This document shows, one piece after another, positions 10,374 to 22,759 of a DNA stretch of 34,728 nt (its first letter is position 1; every line of letters starts with the position of its first letter). The position numbers and the translations under genes were made by a program. A model generated the notes under the pieces. That model did no database searches and was not told the DNA's origin. It worked only from the letters and a program-made list of their open reading frames with translations. The stretch is from Malacoraja senta (taxonomy: Eukaryota), in NCBI GenBank assembly GCA_038087875.1, contig JAXLNO010000557.1, forward strand, positions 1 through 34,728, read 5' to 3'.

Positions 10374-13049
10374 TAGGGTTGCCAACTTTCTGAAGGGGTA
10401 AAAGGTTAAAATAAAGGACAAATTCCCGACGGCAAATCGTTGACCGACTCGGCCGTGTCTGGGTGGATGCTTCGTCCCGGGTGCTGGACTGCACACAAAG
10501 CCCAGCCGGCGGGCCAGTGGAGGAGATTTGGCCCGCGCGACGTCACATGCAAAGTCCAGCACCCCATCCAACTCATGAACCGATGATCGGCCATGAGAAG
10601 GAGGGGTGGTGGTGTTGGCGGTAAGCGAATATCCGAAGGTCGGACAGCTGGCCGGGCTGCCGACCGACGGGGCCACAGGTGAGGCGTTGCTGCTGCACTC
10701 CATGGGCTGCACTACGTTGGGACATAGAAACATAGAAAATAGGTGCAGGAGGAGGCCATTCATTGTGATCATGGCTGATTGTCCCCTATCAATAACCCAT
10801 GCCTGCCTTCTCCCCATATCCCTTGACTCCACTAGCCCCTAGAGCTCTATCTAACTCTCTCTTAAATCCATCCAGTGACTTGGCCTCCACTGCCCTCTGT
10901 GGCAGAGAATTCCACAAATTTACAACTCTCTGGGTGAAATTTTTTTTCTCACCTCAGTCTTAAATTACCTCCCCTTTATTCTAAGACTGTGGCCCCTGGT
11001 TCTGGACTCGCCCAACATTGGGAACATTTTTCCTGCATCTAGCTTGTCCAGTCCTTTTATAATTTTATATTTTTCTATAAGAATCCCCCTCATCCTTCTA
11101 AATTCCAGTGAATACAAGCCTAGTCTTTTCAATCTTTCCTCATATGACAGTCCCGCCATCCCAGGGATCAATCTCGTGAACCTACGATGCACTGCCTCAA
11201 TCACAAGGATGTCCTTCCTCAAATAAGGAGACCAAAACTGTACACAATACTCCAGATGTGCTCTCACCAGAGCCCTATACAACTGCAGAAGAACCTCTTT
11301 ACTCCTATACTGAAATCCGCTTGTTATGAAGGCCAACATTCCATTAGCTTTCTTCACTGCCTGCTGTACCTGTAAGCCAACTTTCAGTGACCGGTGTACA
11401 AGGATGCCCAGGTCTCGCTGCACCTTCCCCTTACCTAACCTAACCCCATTGAGATAATAATCTGTCCCTTTGTTTTTGCCGCCAAAGTGGATAACCTCAC
11501 ATTTATCTATATTATACTGCATCTGCCACGCATCTGCCCACTCACTCAACCTGTCCAGGTCACCCTGCAACCTCCTAACATCCTCTTCACAGTTCACATT
11601 GCCACCCAGCTTTGTGTCATCCGCAAACTTGCTAGTGTTGCTCCTAATTCCCTCTTCCAAATCATTAATATATATGGTAAACAGTTGCAGCCCCAACACC
11701 GAGCCTTGCGGCACTCCACTCGCCACTGCCTGCCATTCTGAAAAGGACCCGTTCACTCCTACTCTTTGCTTCCGGTCTGCCAACCAATTTTCTATCCATG
11801 TCAACACCCTACCCCCAATACCATGTGCACTAATGTTAGTCACCAGTCTCCCGTGCGGGACCTTATCAAAGGCTTTCTGAAAGTCTAGATACACTACATC
11901 CACTGGCACCCCTTCATCCATTTTACTTGTCACATCCTCAAAAAATTCCAGAAGATTAGTCAAGCATGATTTCCCTTTCATAAATCCATGTTGACTTGGA
12001 CTAATCCATATACTGCTATCCAAATGCCCCATTATTACCTCTTTAATAATTGACTCCAGCATCTTTCCCACCACCGAAGTCAGGCTAACTGGTCTGTAAT
12101 TCTCTGTTTTCTCTCTTGCTCCTTTCTTGAAATGTGGGATAACATTAGCTATCCTCCAATCCACAGGAACTGATCCTGAATCTATTGAACATTGGAAAAT
12201 GATCACCAATGCGTCCACTATTTCTAGAGCCACCTCCCTGAGGACCCTGGGATGCAGACCATCAGGTCCAGGGGATTTATCATCCTTCAGTCCCATTAGC
12301 CTACCCAATACTATTTCTCGCCTAATGAAAATTTATTTCAGTTCCTCTACCCCCTTAGCTCCTCTGTCCTCCAGTACATCTGGGAGATTGTTTGTGTTAG
12401 TGAAGACAGATCCGAAGTACCTATTCAACTCTTCTGCCATTTCCTTGTTGCCCATAATAATTTCACCCGTGTCTGCCTTCAAGGGATCCACATTTGACTT
12501 TGCTACTCTTTTTCCCTTAACATATCTAAAGAAGCTTTTACTGTCCTTCTTTATATTCCTGGCCAGCTTCCCTTCGTACTTCATCTTTTCAGCCCGTATT
12601 GCCCGTTTTGTTTCCTTCTGTTGTCCTATGAAAGTTTCCCAATCCTCTGGCTTCCGGCTACTCTTTGCTGTGTTATACATCTTTTCTTTTAGTTTTATTC
12701 TATCCCTAACTTCTCTTGTCAGCCACGGTTGCCTCCTACTCCCCTTAGAATCTTCCTTTTTGGAATGAAATGATCCTGCGTCTTCCGGATTATGCCCAGA
12801 AATTCCTGCCATTGCTGTTCCACCGTCATTCCTGCTAGGATCCCTTTCCAGTCTACCTTGGCCAGCTCCCCTCTCATGCCTTCAAAGTCCCCGGGTGAGG
12901 CGGGGCTGGACGCGGTGCTCCGACCCGACTGTCCCCTCGACCCGAGTAGTAGCAGTCAAATACGGGACAAGGGTGTTCCCGTATGGGACAAACCAATTTA
13001 GCCCAATATGTGGGATGTCCCGGCTAATATGGGACAGTTGGCAACCCTA
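10374..13049. mobile_element. hAT-type non-autonomous element (~510 bp) split by a CR1 insertion
   Basis: TIR TAGGGTTGCCAACT / AGTTGGCAACCCTA; perfect 8-bp TSD CTCCTAGA (10366-10373 and 13050-13057); subterminal GGGACA repeats. Confidence 0.9.
10723..12891 (-). mobile_element. 5'-truncated CR1 LINE with an uninterrupted 447-aa RT/C-terminal ORF2 segment (10965-12308)
   Basis: KSPGPDG, NYRPVSLTS, YLDFQKAFDKV, GVPQGSVLG, KFADDTKL motifs; 3' UTR and (TTTCTATG)n tail. Confidence 0.95.
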
Positions 13050-13149
13050 CTCCTAGATCCTTCTGCTCTACATCCCTCACCAGGGTCCTGTATTCACTGT
13101 GAAGGTCCTGCCCAGATTTGACTTTCCGAAATGCAACACATCACACTTA

Positions 13150-13823
13150 TCTGCATGGCGAGGTGACAACTTGAATTGGTAGTAAGGAAGGCAAATGCAA
13201 TGCTGAATGGATGCATTTATTCTGAGAGGACTCGGATATAAAACGAGGGATATAATGCTGAGGCTTGCAGGCGCTGGTCAGACCGTATTTGGAGTATTGT
13301 AAGCAATTTTGGGCACCATAACTGAGGAGATGTACTGTGGTTGGAGAGGGTCCAGAGGAGGGTTTACGATAATGATTCCAGGAATGATTGCGTTAACATA
13401 CGACAAGCGTTTGACGGCACTTGGCCTGCACTCACTGGAGTTTTGAAGAATGAGGGGGGACCTCATTGAAACTTATCGAATGGTGAAAGGCCTGGATAGA
13501 GTGGATGTGGACAGGATGTTTCCATGAGTGGGAGAATCTAGGATTAGAGGCCATAGCCTTAGAATTAAAGGATGTTCCTTTAGGAAGATGAGGAGAAATT
13601 TATTTAGTCAGAGGGTGGTGAATCTGTGGAATTCTTTGCCACAGAAGGCTGTGGAGGCCGTCAGTGGATACTTTTAAGGCAGAGATCGATAGATTCTTGA
13701 TTAGTACGGGTGTCAGGGGTTACGGGGAGAAGGCAGGAGAATGGGGTTAGAAGGGAGAGATAGATCAGCCATGATTGAATGGCGGAGTAGACATGATGGG
13801 CCGAATGGCCTAATTCTGCTCCT
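13150..13823 (+). mobile_element. CR1 3' fragment (degenerate)
   Basis: aagaatgagggggacctcattgaaac.. through the tail gggccgaatggcctaattctgctcct. Confidence 0.85.
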
Positions 13824-13833
13824 GGAACTTTAC

Positions 13834-13959
13834 CTGAGAGGGTGCCATGGTGGTTGGAAAGCCATCTTGTCCTTGGAGCGAGATGCTAATATTTTTATCG
13901 GCCAGGTTTAGGAACTGAACGTAACTTTCTTTAACACCGGGTTCCGGCACCAGAGTGCT
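13834..13959 (-). CDS. slc15a2: slc15a2 exon ~15 (126 nt, start of extracellular domain)
   Basis: tgtttcccag|STLVPEPGVKESYVQFLNLADKNISISLQGQDGFPTTMAPSQ|gtaaag; compare PGPQEVFLQVLNLADDEV. Confidence 0.92.
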
Positions 13960-13989
13960 CTGGGAAACACAAAGATATCAACATATTTA

Positions 13990-14272
13990 ATGTGTAGGAA
14001 GGAACTGCAGATGAAATGTGAAAGAAGGAACTGCAGATGCTGGTTTAAACCGAAGATAGACACAAAAGGCTGGAGTAACTCAGCTGGGACGGGCAGCATC
14101 TCTGGAGGGAAGGAATGGGTGACGTTTGGGGTCGAGACCCTTCTTCAGAGAGAGGAACTGCAGATGCTGGTTTAAACCAAATATAGACACCAAATGCTGG
14201 AGTAACTCAGGCAGCGTCTTTGGAGAGGGTGAATGCTGTCTGTCCCGCTGAGTTACTCCAGCATTTTGTGTC
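13990..14272. mobile_element. Tandem and inverted Penelope pLTR-derived repeats
   Basis: Repeated aaggaactgcagatgctggtttaaacc..gctggagtaactcag units followed by an inverted gctgagttactccagc. Confidence 0.7.
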
Positions 14273-14492
14273 AGCATATTTAATGGCAGAGAGCAGCAGT
14301 ATGGACAGAAACTGGTATAATATAGAATTAGCATGAACGGGTGATCAATGGTCAGCATAGATAGAGTGCATGTTTTCCCCGGGTGCTCTGGTCTCCTCCC
14401 ACATTCCAGAGACGTGCAGCTTTTGTCAGCTAATTGAGCTTTGTAGAATTTAAATTGTTGCTAGTGTGTGTAGGATAGTGTTAATGTGTGGG

Positions 14493-14674
14493 TCCTTGAC
14501 GGGGCCACGGGCGAGGCGCTGCTGCTGCTGCAGTCCATGGGTGAGGCGGGGCCAGACGCGGCGCTCCGACCCGACAGTCCCCTCGACCAGAGTAGAAGCA
14601 GTCAAATACGGGACAAACCAATTCAGCCCAATATACAGGATGTCCCGGCTAATACGGGACTGTTGGCAACCCTA
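14493..14674. mobile_element. Partial second copy of the hAT element at 10374 (right end), inside SINE/LINE debris
   Basis: Matches 10665-10705 plus 12893-13049; ends GTTGGCAACCCTA. Confidence 0.85.
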
Positions 14675-15064
14675 CCGATGATTGAATCGCAGAGTAGTCT
14701 CGATGGGCCGAATGGCCTAACTCTACTCCTATAACTTATGAACTTGTGGACTCAGTGGGCCAAAGTGCCTGTATCCTTAAACGACACTAAACTCTACAAG
14801 AAGAAGATACGATTTAAAAAAAAATCAAAGGATAGCCTCAACAAAATCCAGAACGGTACATTGGGAATGTGCAGGAAGAATGTGCAAACTCCACAGTGGA
14901 GGAGCAGCTGAGGTCAGGCTTGAACCAGGAAACACTCAGCAGCTTAGGCTGCATCTGCAGAAAGAGAAACAGGGTTCACATTTCAGGTCGAAGGCCCTTC
15001 GTCAGAGCTGGGAATGATATGAAAGAAGCTCGAATGGTACGGAAATAAAGGGAATTAAAGAGAT

Positions 15065-15380
15065 GCCACGGTGGCGCAGCAGTAGAGTTGCTGCCTTGCA
15101 GCGTTTGCAGCACCAGAGACCCGGGTTGGATCCTGACCACGGGTGCTGTCTGTACGGAGTTTGTACCTTCTCTCCCTGGCCGCCTGGGTTTCTCCGAGAT
15201 CTTCGGTTTCCTCCCACACTCCAAAGATATACAGGTTTGTAGGTTAATTGGCTTGGTGTAAATGTAAAATATTGTCCCTAGTGTGCGTAGGATGGTGTTA
15301 ATGTGCAGGGATCGCTGTTTGGTGCAGACTCGGTGGGCCGAAGGGCCTGTTGCCGCGCTGTATCTCTAAACTAAACTGAA
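15065..15380 (+). mobile_element. HE1-like V-SINE, full length
   Basis: tRNA-like head, V-domain, (TAAAC)n tail. Confidence 0.9.
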
Positions 15381-15394
15381 ATATTACTGATTGG

Positions 15395-15800
15395 TGTCAC
15401 CTTCCCCTCAGCTAACAATGAATCATTCTGCATTTCCTCGAGCGTCGTCCCCTTTGATCTCTCCTTTTCACACCTTACCCTTCCACATCACTATGCCTCT
15501 TTCTCCCATGACTCAGTCTGAAGAAGCGTCTAGACCCAGAACGTCACCCATTCCTTCTCTCCAGAGATGCTGCCTGTCCCGCTGAGTTACTCCAGCTTTT
15601 TGTGTCTATCTTCGGTGAAGAAGGGGGAGAAGTCCCGAACAGGGTAAAACCAGGGTGACCATAGCAACAGGCTGTAAACATGGTTCGATTGACACAAAAT
15701 GCTGGAGTAACTCAGCGCATCCGTCAGGCAGCATCTGTGGAGAGAAGGAATAGGTGACGTTTTTGGGTCAGAACGCTTCTTCACACTCGAATCAGTCTGC
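15395..15800. mobile_element. Penelope pLTR-derived repeats, convergent pair
   Basis: Plus copy 15395-15615 and minus copy 15690-15798. Confidence 0.7.
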
Positions 15801-15864
15801 AAACTTGGTTATCTGGCTATTGAGTGAATTGGGAGAAATTAGTGATGAGAATTTGGGTTATTTT

Positions 15865-16152
15865 ACTTTAGTTTAGCATAGTTTAGGGATATAGTTTGGA
15901 ACCTGGCCCATCGGCCAGCGATAGTCACGTACGCTATCCTACACACTCGAGACAATTTACAATTTTTACCTCAGCCAAATCAACCCTCAAACCTGTACGT
16001 CTTTAGAGACTGGGAGGAAACCAGAGCTCCCAGAGAAAACCCACACAGGTCACGGACGAGAACGTACAAACTCCGTACAGATGGCACCCGTAATCAGGAT
16101 CCAACCCGGGTCTCTGGCGCTGTAAGGCAGCAACTCTACCGCTGCGCCACTG
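15865..16152 (-). mobile_element. HE1-like V-SINE
   Basis: Reverse complement of the SINE consensus. Confidence 0.85.
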
Positions 16153-16347
16153 TCCCGGCCCATTGAAGAAGACTCCAATGTGCCCAGATGAGGTGTTGCT
16201 CCTCAACGTTGTGTCGGTAACAAGGCAGGAGGCCAGGGAAGGAACGGGGTGGATACTTAAAATGGAAGGTAGTCACCCCTGGCCTTTCATGCCACACGTT
16301 GAGAGAGATGGGGAGCGGAGGGGTGGGAGAGTGGGTTTCGAACCTAC

Positions 16348-16429
16348 CTGCACCTGGAGCTCCACAACTGCCGCGGCTATAAACGCCACGGAAGCCAGCA
16401 GCATGCCGACCGTCATCCTTCTGAGAGGC
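16348..16429 (-). CDS. slc15a2: slc15a2 exon ~14 (82 nt, TM9)
   Basis: gttccccag|(T)PLRRMTVGMLLASVAFIAAAVVELQVQ|gtaggt; phase 2 to 0. Confidence 0.95.
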
Positions 16430-16724
16430 CTGGGGAACGGTGAGAGAGAGAGAGAGAGAGAAGGAAATGGTCAACCGTTTCACCAGGCCTTCAATGGGGG
16501 GAGAAAGTTAAAGCACAATCACGGGGGAATTAGACAGACACAAAGGGCAGGAGTAACTCAGCGCATCTGGCAGCATCTATGGAGAACATGCACAGGTGAC
16601 CTTTCGGGTCGGGACCCTTTTTCAGACTGATTCTAGTGGGAGGATGGCGGGGATGGGTAGGAAATTGGAAGCACGATTGAAAACCAAGACAACGCGGTGC
16701 CAGCAACAGATGACCTCAGGCAAC

Positions 16725-18943
16725 GATGACCTCAGGGGGCCTGATCTCCGATAACGATGAGAAGGCCTACCTGGAGGAGGTGGCTGACCTGGCACTCTGG
16801 TGTCAGAACAACAGCCTCCTCTTCAATGTCACTAAAACTAAGGAGCTGATTGTGTACTTTAGAAGGGCTCAACAACCGAGGACGTACACGTCACTGGGGA
16901 TAAATAATAATAATAATAATAATAATAATAGATTTTATTTATATAGCGCTTTTCAGGACTCAAAGTCGCTTTACATTGAGAGTCAGGAATAAACAAATCA
17001 AAATAGAGCAGTAAGACAAAGGGGAGGGGAACATGGGACTAAGGGTATGCAGAGGTGAAGAGATGGGTCTTGAGGCGGGACTGGAAGATGGTGAGGGACT
17101 CAGAATTTCGGACCAGTTGTGGGAGGGAATTCCAGAGCCTGGGAGCTGCCCTGGAGAAGGCTCTGCCTCCAAAAGTGCAGAGGTTTGATTTCGGAGTGGA
17201 GAGGAGACCAGCTGATGTGGATCTGAGGGACCGTGAGGGTTGGTAGGGGGAGAGGAGGTCAATGAGATAAGGGGGGGCCAGGTTGTTGAGGGCTTTGTAG
17301 GTGAGGACCAGGATTTTGTAGGTGATCCGGTGGGAAATGGTAAGCCAGTGAAGTTCTTTGAGAACTGGGGTGATATGTGACAGAGGTGTGGTTATGGAGA
17401 GAGATGAAGTGGGATCGGTTGGAAAGGTAGGAACGGAACCAGCTGAGTGCAGAACCTTCAATGCCAAGGTCCCTAAGTCTGGTGAGCAGGATGTTGTGGT
17501 TGACGGTATCGAAGGCTGCACTCAGGTCGAGGAGGATGAGGATATTGAGGGAGCCAGTGTCAGCAGAGGTAAGGAGGTCATTGAGGACTTTGAGGAGAGC
17601 AGTTTGTGTGCTATGGAGGGGGCGAAAGCCAGATTGGAGGGGTTCGAATAGGTTATACGCGAGGAGGTGGGAATGAAGTTGTGACGTGACGATACGCTCC
17701 AGGGTTTTTGAAAGAAAGGGGAGGTTTGAGATAGGGCGGTAGTTAATGAGAGAGGAGGGATCAAGACCAGGTTTCTTTAAGATTGGTGTGACAGCAGCAG
17801 TTTTGAAAGCAGAGGGGACAATTCCTTGGGACAATGAGTTGAAAAGATTAGTGAGGTAGGGGCAGAGAGCAGGGAGGCAGGACTTCAGCAGGGGAGTGGG
17901 GAGTGGGGAGAGGGTCAAGGGAGCAGGTAGTGGGTTTGGAAGAGCTGATGAGTTTGGAGATTTCAGTAGGGGTGACCGTGTCAAACTGGGGGAGGAAGCA
18001 GTGAGGGGGAGGGGTATGGAGATCAGCGGAGATGTTGAAAGGAGGGGCCTTGGTAGGTGGTGGAGTAGATGCTGGGGAGTCGGGTACAGGGGATAGGGAT
18101 TGATAGATGGTGCTGATTTTATCAGCAAAAAAGTGGAGGAATGAGTTGCAGAGATCCGGAGTGGAGGTAGGGAGAGTGTTGGCTCGAGGCTTGAGGAGGT
18201 TGCACACTGTGGAGAAGAGGGTTCTGTGGTTTAGGCAGGGGTCAGTGAATATGGAGGAGAGGTATGCAAATTTAGCAGCAATGAGGGCATCTTTATCTTT
18301 ATGGGACTACTGTGGATAGGGTGGGCAGCTTTAAATACCTGGGAGTTCACATCACAGAGGTTCTGACATGGACAACACACACTGCTGCACTGGTGAGTAA
18401 GGCAAGGCAGCGCCTTTACCACCTCAGGCAGCTGAGGAAATTCAGAATCTCTCTGAGGATCCTTCAATCCTTCTACTGAGGCTGTAGAAAGCATCTTGTC
18501 CGGAAACATCACAATCTGCTTTGGAAACAACTCTGCCCAGGACAAGAAGGCTCTGCAGAGAGTAGTGCGTTCGGCCAAACTACACTCACCTCCCTACAGG
18601 ACCTATACACCAGGAGGTGCAGATCCAGAGCCAGCAAGATCATGAAGGACCCCTACCACCCCAGCAACGGACTGTTCCAGCTGCTACGGTCAGGCAAGCG
18701 CCTCCGCTGACACGCTGCAAAAACAGAGAGGATGAGATGGAGTTTCTTCCCACAGGCCATCAGGACTGTAAACTCTGATCTCACCAGGGACTCATTTACT
18801 AATTTACTGTTGTGTCTTTAAAAAAAAAATTTAAATACTGGTTCTGTTCTGTTCTGTTGTTTTGCACAATTCCGCAGGCATTGACACTTTCATTTCATTG
18901 TACATCTTGTATGTGTATGTGACAAATATTTGACTTGACTTGA
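16725..18943 (+). mobile_element. Rex1/Babar-like LINE 3' part, interrupted by an L2 insertion
   Basis: GLISDNDEKAYLEEVADLALWCQNNSLLFNVTKTKELIVYFRR..LGIN continues after 18300 as GTTVDRVGSFKYLGVHIT..KARQRLYHLRQLRKF; (GACTT)n tail. Confidence 0.88.
16903..18300 (-). mobile_element. L2-clade LINE (internally deleted) nested in the Rex1/Babar element
   Basis: NYRPISNLPFLSKTLERIV, QSGFRPLHST, LLDLSAAFDTVNH, HITPVLKELHWL; (ATT)n tail at 16903-16930. Confidence 0.92.
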
Positions 18944-19414
18944 CGAGGTTCCCCGCTAGGCCGATTGTCGGCCAGAGACATTGTGATATTTCCAAGGTAG
19001 AGATAGATAGATTCTTGATTAGGACAGGAGTCAGGGGTTACAGGGAGAAGGCAGGAGAATGGGGTTAGGAGGGAGAGATAGATCAGCCATGATTGAGTAG
19101 ACATGATGGGCCGAATGGCCTAATTCTGCTCCTATCACTTATGTACATGATCCCAAGAGGGAAACATTGTGGAGGGTAGGAGCATATCACTGGCATAGAG
19201 AGGGGGGGTGTAGGGGAACATAGGGTTACAGTCATGGTTATACAGCACTTTAACAGGCCAGGGAGAGACAAAGGGTTACTGCCATAGATTCATACAAGCC
19301 TAGAGAGACTTGGAGTCATTGAGGTATACAGCAGTGTAACAAGCCCAGAGACACATAGAACACATTCATAGTTATACAGCACTGTTGCAGTCCCTGGAGG
19401 AACATGGAGTCTTT

Positions 19415-19732
19415 TGTTTAGTTTAGTTTTAGAGATGCAGCGTGGAAACAGGCCCTTCGGCCCACCGGGTCCGCGCCGACCAGTGATCCCCGCACATTAA
19501 CACTATCCTACACCCACTAGGGACAATTTTTACATTTACCAAGCCAATTAACCTACAAACCTGTACGTCTTTGGAGTGTGGGAGTAAACCGAAGATCTCT
19601 GAGAAAACCCACGTAGGTCACGAGGAGAACGTACAAACTCCGTACAGACAGCACCCGTAGTCGAGATCGAACCCGGGTCTCCGGCGCTGCATTCGCTGTA
19701 AGGCAGCAACTCTACCGCTGCGCCACCGTGAC
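19415..19732 (-). mobile_element. HE1-like V-SINE, full length
   Basis: Intact head, V-domain and tail. Confidence 0.9.
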
Positions 19733-20413
19733 CACCCATAGTTACTGTCATAGATTTATACAAGCCCTTGAGGGACAGAGTCATAGAGTTATCGAGCACT
19801 GTATTAGTTCATGTGAGAGGAGCAGAATTAAGCCAATCGGCCCATCAAGTCTACTCCGCCATTCGATCATGGCTGATCTATCTTTCCCTCTCAACCCCAT
19901 TCTCCTGCCTCCTCCCCATAACTCTTGACACCCGTACTAATCAAGAACCTGTCAATCTCCGCCTTACACCAAGTGTTTAGGAGTTGGAAACGCAAGAAAT
20001 GGCCAAAGATGGAATCTTCAGGAAAACACACAAAGTGATTGATGAAGTCAGTGGGTCAGGCAACATCTGTGGAGGGAATGGATAGAGAATATTTTGGGCA
20101 TGGATCCTTCTAACCTGATGCCTCGACTGTGCCCACCTGGACTCCCACCTGATTCTCTCTCCCCCCCATCGCGCCCAACATCTACTTTCTTCCCATTGGC
20201 TTCACAATCAACTACTCTCTTCAATCCTGTCTCGTACCTTTTGCTCTTATCTCTGGCCTTTCTTCCAACCATCTGCCTCTCAAACACCCCCCTCGTCTAT
20301 GAAGACCTAGTACCTGCCACGCTTTGTCCTGGCTCTCCCCTTTCACCTTTCTTACACCTTCCCGCGTTTAACAGCCACATGTTGTTGAGGTTAAAGCATG
20401 GAAATGGCTCTTG

Positions 20414-20871
20414 GCGGTTCCGAATAAATTTCAAGATCCTTCTTTTTGTTTACAAAGACTTTAACGGGCTTGCTCCCACCTACATCAAAAGTCTGCTTAC
20501 CCACCACACCACCTCCAGGTCCCTCAGATCGGCCGACTTGGGGTTGCTGAACATCCCGCGGTCTAGGCATAAGCTCTGGGGCGACCGCGCCTTTGCGGTT
20601 GCAGCTCCTAGACTGTGGAACAGCATCCCTCTTCCCATCAGAACTGCCCCCTCCATCGACTCTTTTAAGTCGAGACTTAAAACTCATCTTTACTCTCAAG
20701 CCTTTGTTGACGTCCTCTGAGGGAAGGCTATATGTATGTATTTATGTATGTACTTAATCTATGAACAACTGTTGTATAACGTTAGTACCTCCACCAATGT
20801 AAAGCACTTTGGTCAATGAGAGTTGTTTTTTAAATGTGCTATAGAAATAAAAGTGACTTGACTTGACTTGA
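20414..20871 (+). mobile_element. L2-clade LINE 3' fragment, same family as 2355-2902
   Basis: RFRINFKILL..GDRAFAVAAPRLWNSIP..FKSRLKTHLY; (GACTT)n tail. Confidence 0.9.
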
Positions 20872-20887
20872 AGGCACAAATACTTAC

Positions 20888-20976
20888 GTCAACTTAAGTT
20901 TACATTTTGCAAAGAGTGGATAAATGCCCATGTCAAAGATTGGAATAAAAGTGACTATCAAAATGGCGTTAATTGT
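20888..20976 (-). CDS. slc15a2: slc15a2 exon ~13 (89 nt, TM8)
   Basis: ttttgcacag|TINAILIVTFIPIFDMGIYPLFAKCKLKL(T)|gtaagt; phase 0 to 2. Confidence 0.95.
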
Positions 20977-21058
20977 CTGTGCAAAACAAAAAGACACAAA
21001 GCAGTAATAATAATTAGTGGGATTTAGTAACATTGTCTTGCATTTGTAGTCAACCTAA

Positions 21059-21292
21059 AGGGCCTGTCCCACTTGCCGATTTTTTCGGCGACTGCCAGCA
21101 TCATTGACTGACGTATCAAGTCACCGAGAGATTTGCGCGGTGATGCGGCGTGAAGCAGCGTGATGCGCAGTGTCCCCTCAAGTGTCACAACATTTTTTTT
21201 GTCGTCGCTGGATTTTGAAATGTTCAACATCTTTTGGCGACACTGATATGACACCGGCAATCGCCGAAAAAAATCGCCATGGGACAGGCCCT
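21059..21292. mobile_element. PIF/Harbinger-like MITE, second copy
   Basis: TAA|AGGGCCTGTCCCAC...GGGACAGGCCCT|TAA; colinear with 7614-7850. Confidence 0.85.
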
Positions 21293-21605
21293 TAATGCTA
21301 TTGGACACAGCACGACAACACTTGGGTGTGAAAGGTTAACGTTTAACATTTAGCTGATATCGTCAATTGATCAAGATAGACACAAAAAGCTGTGCATTCA
21401 CCATATCTATGCCCCCTCATAATTATATATATATCTCTATAAGATCAACTCTTAATTTCTAATACTCCAAGGAATAAAATCCTAACCTGGCTAACCTCTC
21501 CCTATAACTCAGTCCCTCAAGTCCTGGCAACTTGTTTTCAATAGCAGGATGATCAAAGACGTTATCACGCTTTCTGTCCAAAGTCGAAAGAAACTGTAGA
21601 GAAAA

Positions 21606-21901
21606 CGGTGGTGCAGCGGTAGAGCTACTGCCTTACTGCGTCAGAGACCCGGGTTCCATCCTGACTACAGGCTCCGTCTGTACGGAGTTTTATGTTTTCC
21701 CCGTGACCCGCGTGGGTTTTCTCTGAGACCTTCGGTTTCCTCCCACACTCCAAAGGCGTACAGGTTTGCAGGCTAATTGGCTTGGTGTACATGTAAATTG
21801 TGCCTAGTGTGTGTGGGGTAGTGTTAGTGTGCGGGGATCGCTGGTCGGCGCGGACTCGGTGGGCGGAAGGGCCTGTTTCCGCGCTGTACCTCTAAACTAA
21901 A
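21606..21901 (+). mobile_element. HE1-like V-SINE, full length
   Basis: Head, V-domain, tail. Confidence 0.9.
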
Positions 21902-22002
21902 GCGAAGCTGGCAGAATCATAGTCCTTATCGCATATTTACGGCAGAACAAACGTCATAAATCTCACTGACTATCAAAGAGGTTTGAAATACATTCAAGTT
22001 AC

Positions 22003-22035
22003 CTGCATCTGATCAGGTTGTATGATAAATCCGCC
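22003..22035 (-). CDS. slc15a2: slc15a2 exon ~12 (33 nt)
   Basis: cttatttcag|GGFIIQPDQMQ|gtaact; conserved QPDQMQ. Confidence 0.95.
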
Positions 22036-22146
22036 CTGAAATAAGAGTTCACAGCTTGTTAGTTCCACATAGTGATAATGTATGAGTGAGACATCTTCCG
22101 TTTAGTACGACAGGACTGGGTGCTCTATCAGAAGGTGCTTACTTAC

Positions 22147-22191
22147 AAAGTTGGCATTCATTGCAGTGGCTTGTAGAGTCCATCGGGATCC
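22147..22191 (-). CDS. slc15a2: slc15a2 exon ~11 (45 nt)
   Basis: ttgttgccag|GSRWTLQATAMNANF|gtaagt. Confidence 0.95.
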
Positions 22192-22224
22192 CTGGCAACA
22201 ACAAGTACATAAATTCATGTCATT

Positions 22225-22462
22225 GTAGAAGTAGGCCATTCGGCCCATTGAGTCTACTCCGGCATTTAATCATGGCTGACCTATCTTTCTCTCTCAACCC
22301 CATTCTACGAACTTCTCCCCTGACACCCGTACTGATGAAGAATCTGTCAATCTGCGCCTCAAAAACACCCATTGACTTGGCCTCCACAACCGTCCATGGC
22401 AATGAATTCCACAGATTCATCACCCTCTGATTGAAGAAATTCCTCCTTATATCCTTTCTAAC
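22225..22462 (-). mobile_element. CR1 3' fragment
   Basis: NLWNSLP..VVEA plus 3' UTR. Confidence 0.82.
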
Positions 22463-22759
22463 AATGTGAGATGTTGGTTGAGTGAAAGATACAGCATGGA
22501 AACGGGCCCTTCAGCCCATCGAGTCCTCGCCGACCATCGATCACACGAGTACGAAGTCATCACAGTTTCTCACCCACCCCCTACACACGAGGGGCAATTT
22601 ACGGAGGCCAATTACCCTACAAAGTCGTATTTGGGAAGTGGGATGCTTTGAGGGAGCGTGCAAACTCCACACAGACAGCAACCGAGCAGAGGAGCGAGGA
22701 TCGCCCGCTGGGGTCCCAACATGGAGGGTCCGCCTGGTAAACCCGGCTTGCACACCGCA

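Noticed and set aside
10965..12308. Domesticated or active reverse transcriptase gene
   Set aside because: 5'-truncated, frameshifted upstream near 12310-12335, no endonuclease or promoter; an ordinary young CR1 copy.
11044..12768. Plus-strand ORFs of up to 213 aa
   Set aside because: Antisense shadows of CR1 ORF2.
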